A stretch of 64,000 nt of DNA from an uncultured delta proteobacterium (lineage in GTDB: Bacteria > Myxococcota_A > Polyangia > Polyangiales > Polyangiaceae). How positions within the stretch are numbered: the first letter of the stretch is position 1; each line of letters begins with the position of its first letter. Position numbers and translations under genes: made by a program. The notes beneath the pieces are model-generated. The model saw nothing but the letters and a program-made list of their open reading frames with translations. It was not told the DNA's origin and did no database searches. The stretch spans positions 5,696,001 to 5,760,000 of the forward strand of contig CAWAIF010000003.1 of assembly GCA_963782055.1 (NCBI GenBank), written 5' to 3'. Below are positions 28,477 to 50,522 of this stretch, in pieces.

Positions 28477-29319
28477 ATGGCGAACCCTTCCGGCAGCGTT
28501 TCGAAGGCCCCCCTCCAGCTCGGCAAGCTCACGCCCGAAGACGCGGAGCGCCTCGCGTCGATGTTCCGCCCCGCGTGGGAGCTGGACGACGCGCCGTTCG
28601 CGCAGGGCACGACCCTCAGCGCCGCCGAGATGGATGCGCTGACCGCGGGGGCCGGCGTCGCGCCGGAGGTCGCCGCCGTGATCAACGCCGACAAGGCGCA
28701 CGCCGCCCCGCGCGTGCCGCCCGCCGCGCACCGGCCCACGACACCGGACGACTCCGTCGTGATCGACGTCGAGCCCGACCCCACGCCCCCGCCCGCGCCC
28801 GCGCCCATGCGCCCGCAGCACGCGACCGTGAGGCTCAAGCGCGACGCAGCGGCCAAGGTCACGGCCGAGTCCGGCGCCTACGCGCCCATCAAGAAGTCCA
28901 ACACCGGCCTCTTCATCGGCATCGGCGCCGTCGTGGCGCTGGTGGGGATCATCGGCATCGTGAAGGCGATGAGCGGCAGCAGCGACACCGCCAAGTCGGA
29001 CGGGGCGACCGCCACCACGGCCACCGACACGACGCAGCAAGGACCGCACATTCCCCCGCCGCCGCCCATCGACACCGCCGCCGCCGTGGCCACCAGCGAC
29101 ACCGCCGCGACGACGGACACCGCCGCCCCCGCCGACACGGCTCCCGCTCCCACCGAGACGGCCCACGCGACGCCCCCGCCCCCGGTCGTCACCCACACCG
29201 CGCCCGCGCCGACCCACAAGACGCCGGCCACCCACACGACCCACACCGTGACGACGCACCACACGAAACCTCCCACGCACAAGGGAAGTGGCGCTATCGT
29301 GCGCGACAACCCGTTCTGA
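28477..29319 (+). CDS. Single-pass membrane protein with Pro/Thr/His-rich ectodomain ending IVRDNPF
   Basis: KKSNTGLFIGIGAVVALVGIIGIV TM helix; low-complexity tails; GAGGT RBS. Confidence 0.75.
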   Translation: MANPSGSVSKAPLQLGKLTPEDAERLASMFRPAWELDDAPFAQGTTLSAAEMDALTAGAGVAPEVAAVINADKAHAAPRVPPAAHRPTTPDDSVVIDVEPDPTPPPAPAPMRPQHATVRLKRDAAAKVTAESGAYAPIKKSNTGLFIGIGAVVALVGIIGIVKAMSGSSDTAKSDGATATTATDTTQQGPHIPPPPPIDTAAAVATSDTAATTDTAAPADTAPAPTETAHATPPPPVVTHTAPAPTHKTPATHTTHTVTTHHTKPPTHKGSGAIVRDNPF

Positions 29320-29395
29320 GCGCTCGCTCGGTCGGGATTTGCCGTTCGAACTTCCGCCGCTCCTCAGAGCGCGCGGCTTCTCTTCGAGGATCGCG

Positions 29396-30568
29396 ATGAA
29401 GCTGAAGGGTCGCACGCTCGTCGCCGCGCTGGTGGTCTCACTCGCGCCGGCGGCGGTGGTCGTCACGCCATCTCCCGCCTTCGCCCAGGACGAGGCCACG
29501 CTCAAGGCGGCGCGCGCCCGTTTCCAGGAGGGCGTGGACTACTACGACAAGGGCCAGTACGAGGCCGCGCGCGCCGCGTTCAAGCAGGCGTACGCCCTCA
29601 AGCAGCACCCCGCGGTGCTCCTCAACCTGGCGCAGAGCAGCCTCAAGTCCGGCCACCCGGTCGAAGCGGCGAAGTTCTTCGACAAGTACGTGAAGGACAC
29701 CGACCCTGCGGCCAACAAGAAGGGCGAGGCCCAGAAGGGCCTCACCGACTCCCTCGCCAGGATCGGCCGGCTGAACATCATGGCCGCGCCCGGGAGCAAG
29801 GTCACCGTCGACGGTCAGCCCGTCGGGACCACGCCGCTCTCCGCGCCGGTGGACGTCGAGCCCGGGCAGCACATCGTCCACGCCACCGCGCCCGATGGCT
29901 CGCAGCTCGAGCAGAAGTTCACCGTCGCCGGAGGCCAGACCCTCCCCGCGCAGCTCGGCGCCGTTGTCGGGTCGACCGGGACGCCGCCGCCGGACACCGG
30001 CACCGGCGCTCCGCCGCCGGAGACAGGCACGCCCCCGCCTGGTACCGGCACGCCCCCGCCAGGCACCGGCACGCCCCCGCCCGAGACGGGCAACCCGCCG
30101 CCTGTGGAGGGCCCCGAGCCAGCCACCGTGCCGCGGCACGACCCCATCCCGATGATCATCGGCGGCGGCGTGGCGGTGGTGGGCTTCGTCATGGCGGGCA
30201 TCTTCGCCGGCCTGAAGGGCAGCGCGCAGAGCAAGGCCGACAGCGTCGACCAGACGATCCGCGAGGCCGCGGGCAAGGCGGGCATCCCCGCTCAGGGCGT
30301 CTGCAACAACCCGCCCAACAGCAGCTTTGCCGGCGCCTGCGACACCCTCAAGAGCAACCAGGATGCGGTCAACCAGGACGCCACGGTGGCGAACGTGGGC
30401 GTGGTGATCGGCATCGTCGGCCTGGCCGGCGCCGTCGGCGGCGCGCTCTACTACTTCCTGGCGCGCAAGCCGGCGCCGGGGGCGCAGCCCGCCCTGCTCC
30501 ACGTCCCGGTCGTCACCGGGTGGGTCGGTGCAGGCAGCGGGGGCCTGGGCCTCTCCGGCTCCTTCTGA
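29396..30568 (+). CDS. TPR + PEGA domain envelope protein
   Basis: Signal peptide; ARARFQEG..AFKQAY..VLLNLAQ TPR; GSKVTVDGQPVGTTPL..VEPGQHIV PEGA; C-terminal GLGLSGSF. Confidence 0.88.
   Translation: MKLKGRTLVAALVVSLAPAAVVVTPSPAFAQDEATLKAARARFQEGVDYYDKGQYEAARAAFKQAYALKQHPAVLLNLAQSSLKSGHPVEAAKFFDKYVKDTDPAANKKGEAQKGLTDSLARIGRLNIMAAPGSKVTVDGQPVGTTPLSAPVDVEPGQHIVHATAPDGSQLEQKFTVAGGQTLPAQLGAVVGSTGTPPPDTGTGAPPPETGTPPPGTGTPPPGTGTPPPETGNPPPVEGPEPATVPRHDPIPMIIGGGVAVVGFVMAGIFAGLKGSAQSKADSVDQTIREAAGKAGIPAQGVCNNPPNSSFAGACDTLKSNQDAVNQDATVANVGVVIGIVGLAGAVGGALYYFLARKPAPGAQPALLHVPVVTGWVGAGSGGLGLSGSF
29975..30103 (+). repeat. Coding tandem repeat, about 6 x 21 bp (TGTPPP[G/E/D])
   Basis: ACCGGCACGCCCCCGCCNGGN-like units inside the PEGA gene linker. 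Confidence 0.8.
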
Positions 30569-30599
30569 GCCGCCACGCCCATCGTTAGCCGGCTGACGT

Positions 30600-31946
30600 T
30601 CACGGGAAGGCGAGAATTTTCGCCGAGCCGGGGACCATGCCGTCCGTCCCTTCCGGTCGGGTGAGCGCCACGACGTAGCACTTCGCCCCCTCGCACCCGG
30701 CGAACGCCAGCCCGTCGGCCGCCTGGTCGACGTGCCCCGTCGCGCCACCCCCCACCACCGGGCGATACGACAGACCCTCGAAGGGAATGGGCCCGCCCGC
30801 ACCCGCCACCCGCGCCGCGTGCGTCCCCCACGCGACCATCAGCTTTCCGCCCGGAGCGCCCACCCAGAAGGGCCCCAGATCGTGCCCGCACCCACCGTGC
30901 GCCACCTGAACGAGCTGCTCCTTCGGAGCGGCGACCGCCGCGCGGTCGGCCACGATCGCCTCCAGATCGATCGCCTGCGCGCCGTCGCAGCGCGCGCTGG
31001 CGTCGCGCGTGAGGACGATGCCCGCGTGCGCCGCGTCACCGTCCACGGCGACCACGTCCTCGTCGCGCGCCAGGACGTGCCCGAGCCGCCTCGCCGCGGA
31101 GAGCGCGCCGCCGTGCTCGAGCTCGCGCACCGTCATGCGCCCCCCGGCGGTGAGCATGACGGTGACCAGATCGTCGCCCACGGTGAAGTCGTCGTGCTCG
31201 CTCGGGTCCTCGTCGCCCAGGTCCTCCGGGCCGAGCAGCGCCACGCGCTTGCCGCCACCGAGCGCGCGCGCGTGCAGGTCGTCATCGCCGGCGTCGAGGA
31301 GGTACACCTTGGACTCGCCGCAGGCCAGCCGCGCCTCACGCTCCTCGGGCACGGTGGCGGCGGTCCTCGCCGCGCCGCCCGCGAAGGGTCGCGTGATCGC
31401 CTTCGCCGGACCGCCTCCCTCCTGTACCCAGGCGATCTCGCCGCTGCGCGTGGCGCACACGAAGGCGCCGACGTCCTCCGGGGCGCCGGCGGGCCGCCCG
31501 TCCGCGCCCACCACCTGCATGCGCCGCACCGGCTTTCCCTTCTGCGGACCCCGCCACACCACCGCCACGCCGCCCGACGAGGCCACGGCCTCCACCTCCG
31601 CGTCGGCGCTCCAGTCGACGTCGGGCACGGCGTCGATGGTCCACTGCAGCGTGCCATCGGTCAGGTAGCGGCTGACGTTCACGGCGTGGCGCGCGGCGAC
31701 GAGGCCCGCGACGTAGACCGCGCCCCCGGCGAGGTCCGCGGCGATGGGCAGCGACAGCGGCGCCGGGCCCCCCCCCGAGGGCGCGGCGCCGGAGGCCGCG
31801 GGCGCCGCGGAGACGGACGCGGCCGAAGCACCTCCCGCCTCCGCCTGCTCCTCTGCACGGGGAGGCTCGCTCCCCTTGCAGGACCCGCACGCCGGCGAAC
31901 CGGCAGCCACGAACGCCAAGCACGCCAGCAGGAAGGTGCGTCGCAC
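30600..31946 (-). CDS. Hypothetical lipoprotein, beta-rich
   Basis: Signal peptide with Cys (PACGSC); GTG start; coding-like bias. Confidence 0.7.
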   Translation of the reverse strand: MRRTFLLACLAFVAAGSPACGSCKGSEPPRAEEQAEAGGASAASVSAAPAASGAAPSGGGPAPLSLPIAADLAGGAVYVAGLVAARHAVNVSRYLTDGTLQWTIDAVPDVDWSADAEVEAVASSGGVAVVWRGPQKGKPVRRMQVVGADGRPAGAPEDVGAFVCATRSGEIAWVQEGGGPAKAITRPFAGGAARTAATVPEEREARLACGESKVYLLDAGDDDLHARALGGGKRVALLGPEDLGDEDPSEHDDFTVGDDLVTVMLTAGGRMTVRELEHGGALSAARRLGHVLARDEDVVAVDGDAAHAGIVLTRDASARCDGAQAIDLEAIVADRAAVAAPKEQLVQVAHGGCGHDLGPFWVGAPGGKLMVAWGTHAARVAGAGGPIPFEGLSYRPVVGGGATGHVDQAADGLAFAGCEGAKCYVVALTRPEGTDGMVPGSAKILAFP

Positions 31947-31966
31947 GCCCCCATTGGAGGATCAAT

Positions 31967-33235
<1,269 letters not shown>

Positions 33236-33304
33236 CGGTGCCCCATCGGGACGCCGCGCCTCTCGGTTTCGCGACTTCGCGGCGAGCTGCCGCATTCGCC
33301 GGGG

Positions 33305-34820
33305 GTCTCTGCTTAGCGGCCGGAAGACGGCCCGCGGCCCGGGCGTGACGTCGACCGTCGGAGGACTCGCCGGCTAGTGGGCAAAGACAGACGGAGGCGG
33401 CTTGCCGTGGAGGTGACTTTCGTACAGCCCGATGACGAAGCCCCGAAGCGGGAGCCGGCACTTGCGCCGCGTCTGCGTGATGCTCATCCAGTGCGCCAGG
33501 GTGGCGCTGCCGGCGGCCGAGCGCGTGCCGCCGGTCATCGCGCGGTGCCGCCCGTGGGCGCGGATGTCGCGTTCGGTCGCGTTGTTCGTGGCCGGGACGT
33601 CGGGGCGGTCGATGAAGAGCGTCACCCCCACCTTGTGCTCGTCGAGGCGCTCCTGCAGCCGGACGATGTCCGGGAACTCCACGAAGTTGGTGCTGCTGAT
33701 GAGATGGCCGAGGCGGATGCGCGCGCCTCGGCGCTGCTCGGGATCGCCGCTCGCCGCGGCGTGCTTGCCCGCGACGTAGAAGCCGATGAGTCGGTCGCGG
33801 AACTCCTCGGTCGCGGCGCACGGGGTGAGCTCGGCGATCTTCTTCGCCTCGCGGATGGTGTGCGCACCGCAGTAGGCGTGGGTCCAGCCGTCGTGACTCG
33901 TGTACACGCCGTAGAAGTCGGTGCACAGGACTCCTTTGAAGCTCGCGCCGAGCATCGACTCGGCGACCCACGCGCCGCGCGACAGCTCGGCGCGGAAGAC
34001 CGAGACGCGGTCGGTGCGCATCAGCCACATCCAACCCGGCACGCCGTCCTGTCGATGGCCGCTCTCGTCGAGGCCCGCCACGGGCGATGCGCGCACCGCG
34101 TCGACCAGCTCGTCGTAGCTCGGCGCCGAGCGGCGTCGCAATCGGTCGAACATCTGCGCCAGGCCGCCGGTCGTGATCGAGATGCCGAGCCACTGTCCGA
34201 GGAACGCACTGATCTTGCCCAGCGGCATGTCGCGCTCGAAGCGCAGGTCCAGCGCCATCGCCTGCACGTTGGGGCCGAACGACACCGCGGCGACGCTCTT
34301 GCCCGCGGCCGGCGCGCCCGGCAGCTTCGCGACCACGCGCTTGTGGCACACCTCGCAGCTGCCGACGTGCGCCACGTGATGCGTCTGCCGCGGCTGCACC
34401 ACTGGGATGTCGGTGACGACTGTGCTGTCCGTCTCGCCCGTCGCCACGACTGCCCCGCCACAGCTGCACGTCGCCGGCATCTCGTGCACGACTTCGTCGT
34501 CGACGTGGGCCGGTGCGGCGGGCCGCGATCCGACATGGCCCGCCTTGCGGCCGCGTGGCTTGCCCGAGGCCGCCCGCCGACCCTCGGAACGCGACGTCCG
34601 CCGCTTCCCGCGCTCGCGGAACCCCCGCTTCCACTCCTCGATCTCCTTGCGCAGCTTCGCCAGCTCCTCGCGAAGCGCGGCGTTCTCCTGCTCCAGCTCC
34701 TGGATCCGCTGCTCGGGCGTCACGTGATCCGGGATGCTCCCGATCAGGCCCCATGGAAAGAACTTCTCGCATCAGGAACGAAGAATGGACCCACAGTGTG
34801 CGACACCGCTAAGCAGACAC
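33305..34820 (-). mobile_element. IS66-family insertion sequence, single-ORF (ISBst12-like) type, 1516 bp
   Basis: Terminal inverted repeats GTCTCTGCTTAGCGG (33305-33319) and CCGCTAAGCAGACAC (34806-34820), 14/15 match; 8-bp direct repeat CGCCGGGG at 33297-33304 and 34821-34828. Confidence 0.93.
33374..34723 (-). CDS. IS66 DDE transposase
   Basis: N-terminal coiled coil, CSCGG..CEVC zinc finger, LDESG, CTDFYGVY, CGAHTIRE, ATNNATERDIR. Confidence 0.93.
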   Translation of the reverse strand: MTPEQRIQELEQENAALREELAKLRKEIEEWKRGFRERGKRRTSRSEGRRAASGKPRGRKAGHVGSRPAAPAHVDDEVVHEMPATCSCGGAVVATGETDSTVVTDIPVVQPRQTHHVAHVGSCEVCHKRVVAKLPGAPAAGKSVAAVSFGPNVQAMALDLRFERDMPLGKISAFLGQWLGISITTGGLAQMFDRLRRRSAPSYDELVDAVRASPVAGLDESGHRQDGVPGWMWLMRTDRVSVFRAELSRGAWVAESMLGASFKGVLCTDFYGVYTSHDGWTHAYCGAHTIREAKKIAELTPCAATEEFRDRLIGFYVAGKHAAASGDPEQRRGARIRLGHLISSTNFVEFPDIVRLQERLDEHKVGVTLFIDRPDVPATNNATERDIRAHGRHRAMTGGTRSAAGSATLAHWMSITQTRRKCRLPLRGFVIGLYESHLHGKPPPSVFAH

Positions 34821-34883
34821 CGCCGGGGGGCCCGGCGGATCGTCAGCATGCTCGCGATCGGGCGGTCGACCCGGCGGTCGCCG

Positions 34884-46328
<11,445 letters not shown>

Positions 46329-46533
46329 GGATCCTCTCGGTTGACTCACCCCGCCCCTCGATTCCGCTTCGGTTCCGCACTGTTGGCGAGGCGAATGATG
46401 CGGCCGAGCGGGCTGGCCCTCGCCGGTGCGTGCTGAGTGCCAACGGTATCAGACCGAGCTTCCTGTGGGAGCCCGATCTTGCGTCGCGCGCGTGCGCGTG
46501 ATGCGTGCAGTTTCGACCATGAAGAGGCCGAAA

Positions 46534-46548
46534 CGACTTGACAAGTCG
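46534..46548. promoter_or_regulatory. Perfect palindrome CGACTTG-A-CAAGTCG upstream of gltI (candidate operator)
   Basis: 7-1-7 inverted repeat in the intergenic region; contains TTGACA/TTGTCA. Confidence 0.45.
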
Positions 46549-46619
46549 GTCGCGTTCTCAGCCCGAGCCGCGGGCCCGAGCTCAAGCAGCCATCCGAGGC
46601 GCGAGCCGCCGGCGCAGGG

Positions 46620-47546
46620 TCACGGAGCGGCAGAGCTGCCGAGGTCCTTGATCATTTCCTGCGCCTGCGCGCACTCGTCGGCGAAGCGAGCCGCGGCCCC
46701 GCCACGGCACGTCATCTTCTGGAAAGACAGGAGGTTCGAGTTGGCCTCGCTGCGACGCGGCGGCTTGGCCCTCGCATAAGCGGCGCCCAGGTTGAAGTAG
46801 GCGATCTGTTCGCCCTTCTCGTTGCACTTCCCGCACGCCTTCTTGGCGGCCTGGTACTCGGAGATGGCGCCGGAGTTGTCGCCCTTGCGCTCGTGCACCA
46901 GGCCGTAGAGCGTGTGGATGCCGTAGCCCTCCTTGCCGCCCTTGTCGAAGGTGCTCGCTTCCTTGAGGACCTGCTCGGCCTGATCGAGGAACTGGAGGCG
47001 GATGTACAGGTCGGCCAGCGGCACGTAGAAGGAGAGCTCGTCGGGCTTCAGCTCGATGGCCTTCGTCCACTCCTGCAGGGCGCCCTTCTCGTCGTCCAGG
47101 TGCAGGTTGACGTTGCCGAGCTCGTAGTGCGGGTCGGCGAAGTTGGGATCCAGCTTCGCCGCCTGCTCGAGCGGGTCCTTCGCCTCGGCCCAGTTGGTCG
47201 GCCCCTTCACCGCCATCTGCTCGAGCGCATAGCCCTTGAGGAAGAAGTAGTCGGCGTGATCGGGCGCGAGCTTGGTCGTCGGTCCGAGCGTCTCGTTGAC
47301 CTTCTCCCAGTTTTCCTTCTTCTGGTACGCCGTCGCGAGCTTCCACTGGATGCGGTAGTTGGACGGGTCGAGCTGCTTCGCCTGCTCGTACTTGGAGATG
47401 GCGTCGTCGACGTTCGCGCCTCGCGCCTTGTCACCCTCGTTGGAGAGGTTGACGGCGTCGATGTTGTTGCGGCTGCACGCGGCGAGCGCGCTGAGCATGC
47501 AAACGGCGCCGAACGTTGCGGCCACACACCTGATCGATCTCGTCAT
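46620..47546 (-). CDS. TPR-repeat lipoprotein within the glt cluster
   Basis: Lipobox LAACS; repeated TPR motifs; GAGG RBS before ATG 47546. Confidence 0.85.
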   Translation of the reverse strand: MTRSIRCVAATFGAVCMLSALAACSRNNIDAVNLSNEGDKARGANVDDAISKYEQAKQLDPSNYRIQWKLATAYQKKENWEKVNETLGPTTKLAPDHADYFFLKGYALEQMAVKGPTNWAEAKDPLEQAAKLDPNFADPHYELGNVNLHLDDEKGALQEWTKAIELKPDELSFYVPLADLYIRLQFLDQAEQVLKEASTFDKGGKEGYGIHTLYGLVHERKGDNSGAISEYQAAKKACGKCNEKGEQIAYFNLGAAYARAKPPRRSEANSNLLSFQKMTCRGGAAARFADECAQAQEMIKDLGSSAAP

Positions 47547-47648
47547 GGTCGTCCTCGTAGCGAGCTTGCTGCCCGCGGAGTCTATGAGAACGCAGGCAAT
47601 TAAGTAAACACCGGAAGCAACCTCGACCGCGCGCGGCGACAAAATTGG

Positions 47649-47683
47649 CTCGAGGGTGAGACGGCTGGCGCCTCACCCTCGAG
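47649..47683 (-). terminator. Intrinsic terminator-like hairpin after gltG
   Basis: CTCGAGGGTGAG/CTCACCCTCGAG perfect 12-bp stem, followed on the minus strand by CCAATTTT. Confidence 0.7.
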
Positions 47684-47704
47684 TGGGTCACGAGGGGATC
47701 CCGG

Positions 47705-49841
47705 TCAATCGCCCGGGGTGAAGGTGATCGGGTAGACGACGGTGACGATGCCACCCTCCGGCTGCGGAAACGAGAGGTTGCCGAAGCCGCGGACGACGCA
47801 CGAGACGACCGCCGTATCCGGCAAGTCCGACCCGCCGTCCTGCGCTGTCTGCACGCTGCCGTCACGGCCGATGACGAACTTCACCGCGACGCGCCCCGTC
47901 AGCGACGGGTTGTTGCGCAGACCGTTCTCGTAGCAGAGGCGGAAGCGGCCGAAGTTCTGACGAACGATGCGCTGGATGACCTCCGGCGGCAGGCGGCCGT
48001 TGACGGTGGTCGCACCCTGACGCAGGCGCGGCGAGCGCGTCTTGTGGGCGCCGCCGAGACGGCCGTGGCCGTTGCCGAAGCCCTGCCCGGTGCCGGTGCC
48101 GGCGCCGTGACCGATGGTGCCGATGTTGCCGAGGCCGATGCCCTCGCCGCGACCGCCGCCGCCCTCGCCGACGCCGGAGAGGCCGAGACCGCCGGCGCCG
48201 AAGGAGTCGCCGATGGCGTCACCCCACATGTTGCCGCGCGCGCTCATCGGGTCGTTGCCGAGCGAGTCGTCGCGACCCCACGGGGCAGTCGGCGCGTTGG
48301 GGTCCGCGCCGGCAGCCGTGTTGAGCAGACCGATCATGCCGAACTCGGCGGCCTCGCGCAGGGCGGCCTGACGGGCGATGTGCGGGTCCTGGTTGTCCTG
48401 CGGACCCTGCACGCCGAAGCGCATGCCCGTCTTGTTGGTGTTGGGGTTGCCCATCGAGCCCTCTTCGCCCTTGGCGCGAGTGCCGGTGCCACCCTCCTTG
48501 TTGTCCGCGTTGTCATCCACCTGCGGGGTGTCCTGCTGCTCCTGCTCGCGCTCGGCGGCGGCGTTGAGCAGGTGCTGCATCTTGAGGATCTGGTCGCGGT
48601 CGATCGCCTCGCTGTCGTCGCCCATCATGCTCGGCATGAAGAAGGCGAGGGACGCGAGGATGCCGACGTGCAGCAGGAAGGAGAGGCCGCTGTAGAGGTA
48701 GGCGGCCGGCTCGAAGCTGGCGAAGGCGCCGGTGGGAGGCGACTTGCCGGCGTTGCCCGCGGTGACCTGGAAGGCGATGCCGGTGGGCAGCTCCATCCGC
48801 GCCTTGGCCCCGGGCGGCAGCGAGAACTCGTGCGCGCCGCTCAGCTCTCCGGAGGGACGCGCGCGGCCGCCGGCGACGAGGTCGGCGAGCGTGGTGCGGC
48901 CCTGGCCGGGGATGTCGACCCAGCCGGTGGAGCGCGGGAGGATGACGAGGGAACCCGACATGCTCACCACCGGGGCGCGCGTCGTGCCGAGCACCTCGCT
49001 CGGGACGAAGTAGTCGCAGGGGACCGCCGACTCCTCGCCGACGTAGAAGGCCTTGCCCACGCTCAGGTGCTGGACGAAGAGCACGTTGGTGTCCCACATG
49101 ACCATGACCTCGGTCGTGGCCAGGTGCGGCACCTCGACCTCGTCCGGGTTCACGTCGGGGCCGCTCTTGATGAGCTGGTAGGTGTAGCTGCCGGGGGGCG
49201 CGTTCGGATCGACGTCGGTGGCCGGCATCGAGGCCGCGGCGGCCGCGCCGGCGAACGGGTTGGCGCTCGCGAACGGATTGGCGGGAGCCGCCGCGCCGGC
49301 GAACGGATTGGCGCTCGCGAAGGGGTTGGCCGCGGCGGGCGGCGCGGCGGAGGCGGCGAAGGGGTTCGGCGAAGCCGCTGCGCCCATGTCCGGCGGGGGC
49401 GCGGCCGCAGGGGGCACGCCCATGTCCGGCGGAGGCGCGGCGACGGCGGCGGCGGCCATCATCTCCGCGGGGGGGCCACCGACGGCGGCCGCGGCAGGCG
49501 CGGGCTCGCCCATGCCGGCCTCGGCCGGAACGGCTTGCTCCAGCGCGATGGTGGTGGAGCCGATCTGGATCTCGATCGCCCGGACGGATCTTGCACTTGT
49601 TGACGCGCTGCCCGTTGACCAGCGTGCCCGGCTCGTTGCCCAGGTCGATGAGGGTGATGTCCTCCGTCCCGGCCACCTCGATCACGGCGTGCATGCGCGA
49701 CGCGAGCTCATCGTCCACGCGCAGGTGGCTGCGCGGGTCCTTGCCCACCTTCACGATGTCCTGCGCGATCGTCTCGCGGCGAACGAGCTCGCCGTTCTGG
49801 TAGAGCGCAAACGTGAGCGCGACCTTCGCCTTGCCTTCCAT
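47705..49841 (-). CDS. gltG: Gliding-motility GltG (PglI): FHA - linker - TM - TonB/AgmX-PglI C-terminal domain; reading frame broken by one extra base at 49574-49575
   Basis: FHA (IVKVGK..ASRMHAVIEV..DLGNEPGTLVNG) in one frame; TM and GRLPPEVIQRIVRQN..FPQPEGGIVTVVYPITF in another; removing one base restores KIRPGDEIQIGSTTIALE. Confidence 0.88.
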
Positions 49842-49964
49842 CGTTGACCTTCCAACCCTCGCGGCGACGTTGCCGCGTGCGTCCCAAAAACGTTGAATCT
49901 ACAAACATCGGCGCAGCGTGGGCCCGCGCATCATGGTGGGGGCGCCCCGCGCGCCCCGCGTGTG

Positions 49965-50237
49965 TCAGAGGTTCTCGACGGACTTGAGCATCTCGGGGAC
50001 GAAGGAGGTACGAGGACGGATCAGCGTGGTGCGCACCGGGCCGGGACGGACGCGAATGGTCGCGTCGTTCGGTCCGAAGCCGCCCGCGCTGAGCGGATCG
50101 TCGGAGAACTCGTAACCGTAGCCTTCCTTGGTGTCGGTCGCTTTGGTGCCGTCATCCTGAGCAAACGCCGAGGAAACGACGAGCATCATCGAGGCCGCCG
50201 CGAGAATCGAAACCACGAACTTTCCTGCACGCTTCAT
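49965..50237 (-). CDS. gltF: Gliding-motility small periplasmic protein GltF (CglF-like)
   Basis: Signal peptide; YEFSDD; C-terminal LIRPRTSFVPEMLKSVENL; position between gltE and gltG. Confidence 0.85.
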   Translation of the reverse strand: MKRAGKFVVSILAAASMMLVVSSAFAQDDGTKATDTKEGYGYEFSDDPLSAGGFGPNDATIRVRPGPVRTTLIRPRTSFVPEMLKSVENL

Positions 50238-50302
50238 GCTTCACTCCGCCTGGCAAACGCTTCCGAAGGGCTTCGGAAGGCGGGAGACCCAGTTACAGTG
50301 AG

Positions 50303-50331
50303 AGTGTACCGACGGGTAAGTACCCCGTCAA
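50303..50331 (-). promoter_or_regulatory. Internal sigma70-type promoter for gltF-gltG with overlapping inverted repeat
   Basis: TTGACG (50331-50326) -N17- TACACT (50308-50303); GACGGGTA-AG-TACCCCGTC spans the spacer. Confidence 0.7.
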
Positions 50332-50522
50332 CCCGAGAGTTTTCACAAGAAGAGAACCCGAAGAGCCCGTCTTTGACGGGCGCGAACGTAGGAAAGCGGT
50401 GCTCGTCCCAACCAGGACGCCCAGGCGCAGCGGGCTGCGCACGGGGACCGGCGTGCACTGGAATGGACACGCCGGGGTCGAGAAGGTTCCCGAACCCGGC
50501 TGGTCCATCCCCGGTGCAAAGC

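Noticed and set aside
29975..30103. 21-bp tandem repeats considered as a CRISPR array or minisatellite element
   Set aside because: No unique spacers and no cas genes; in-frame Pro-rich linker with variation mostly at third codon positions
49571..49580. Programmed ribosomal frameshift or phase variation in gltG
   Set aside because: No slippery heptamer, homopolymer or short tandem repeat at the site
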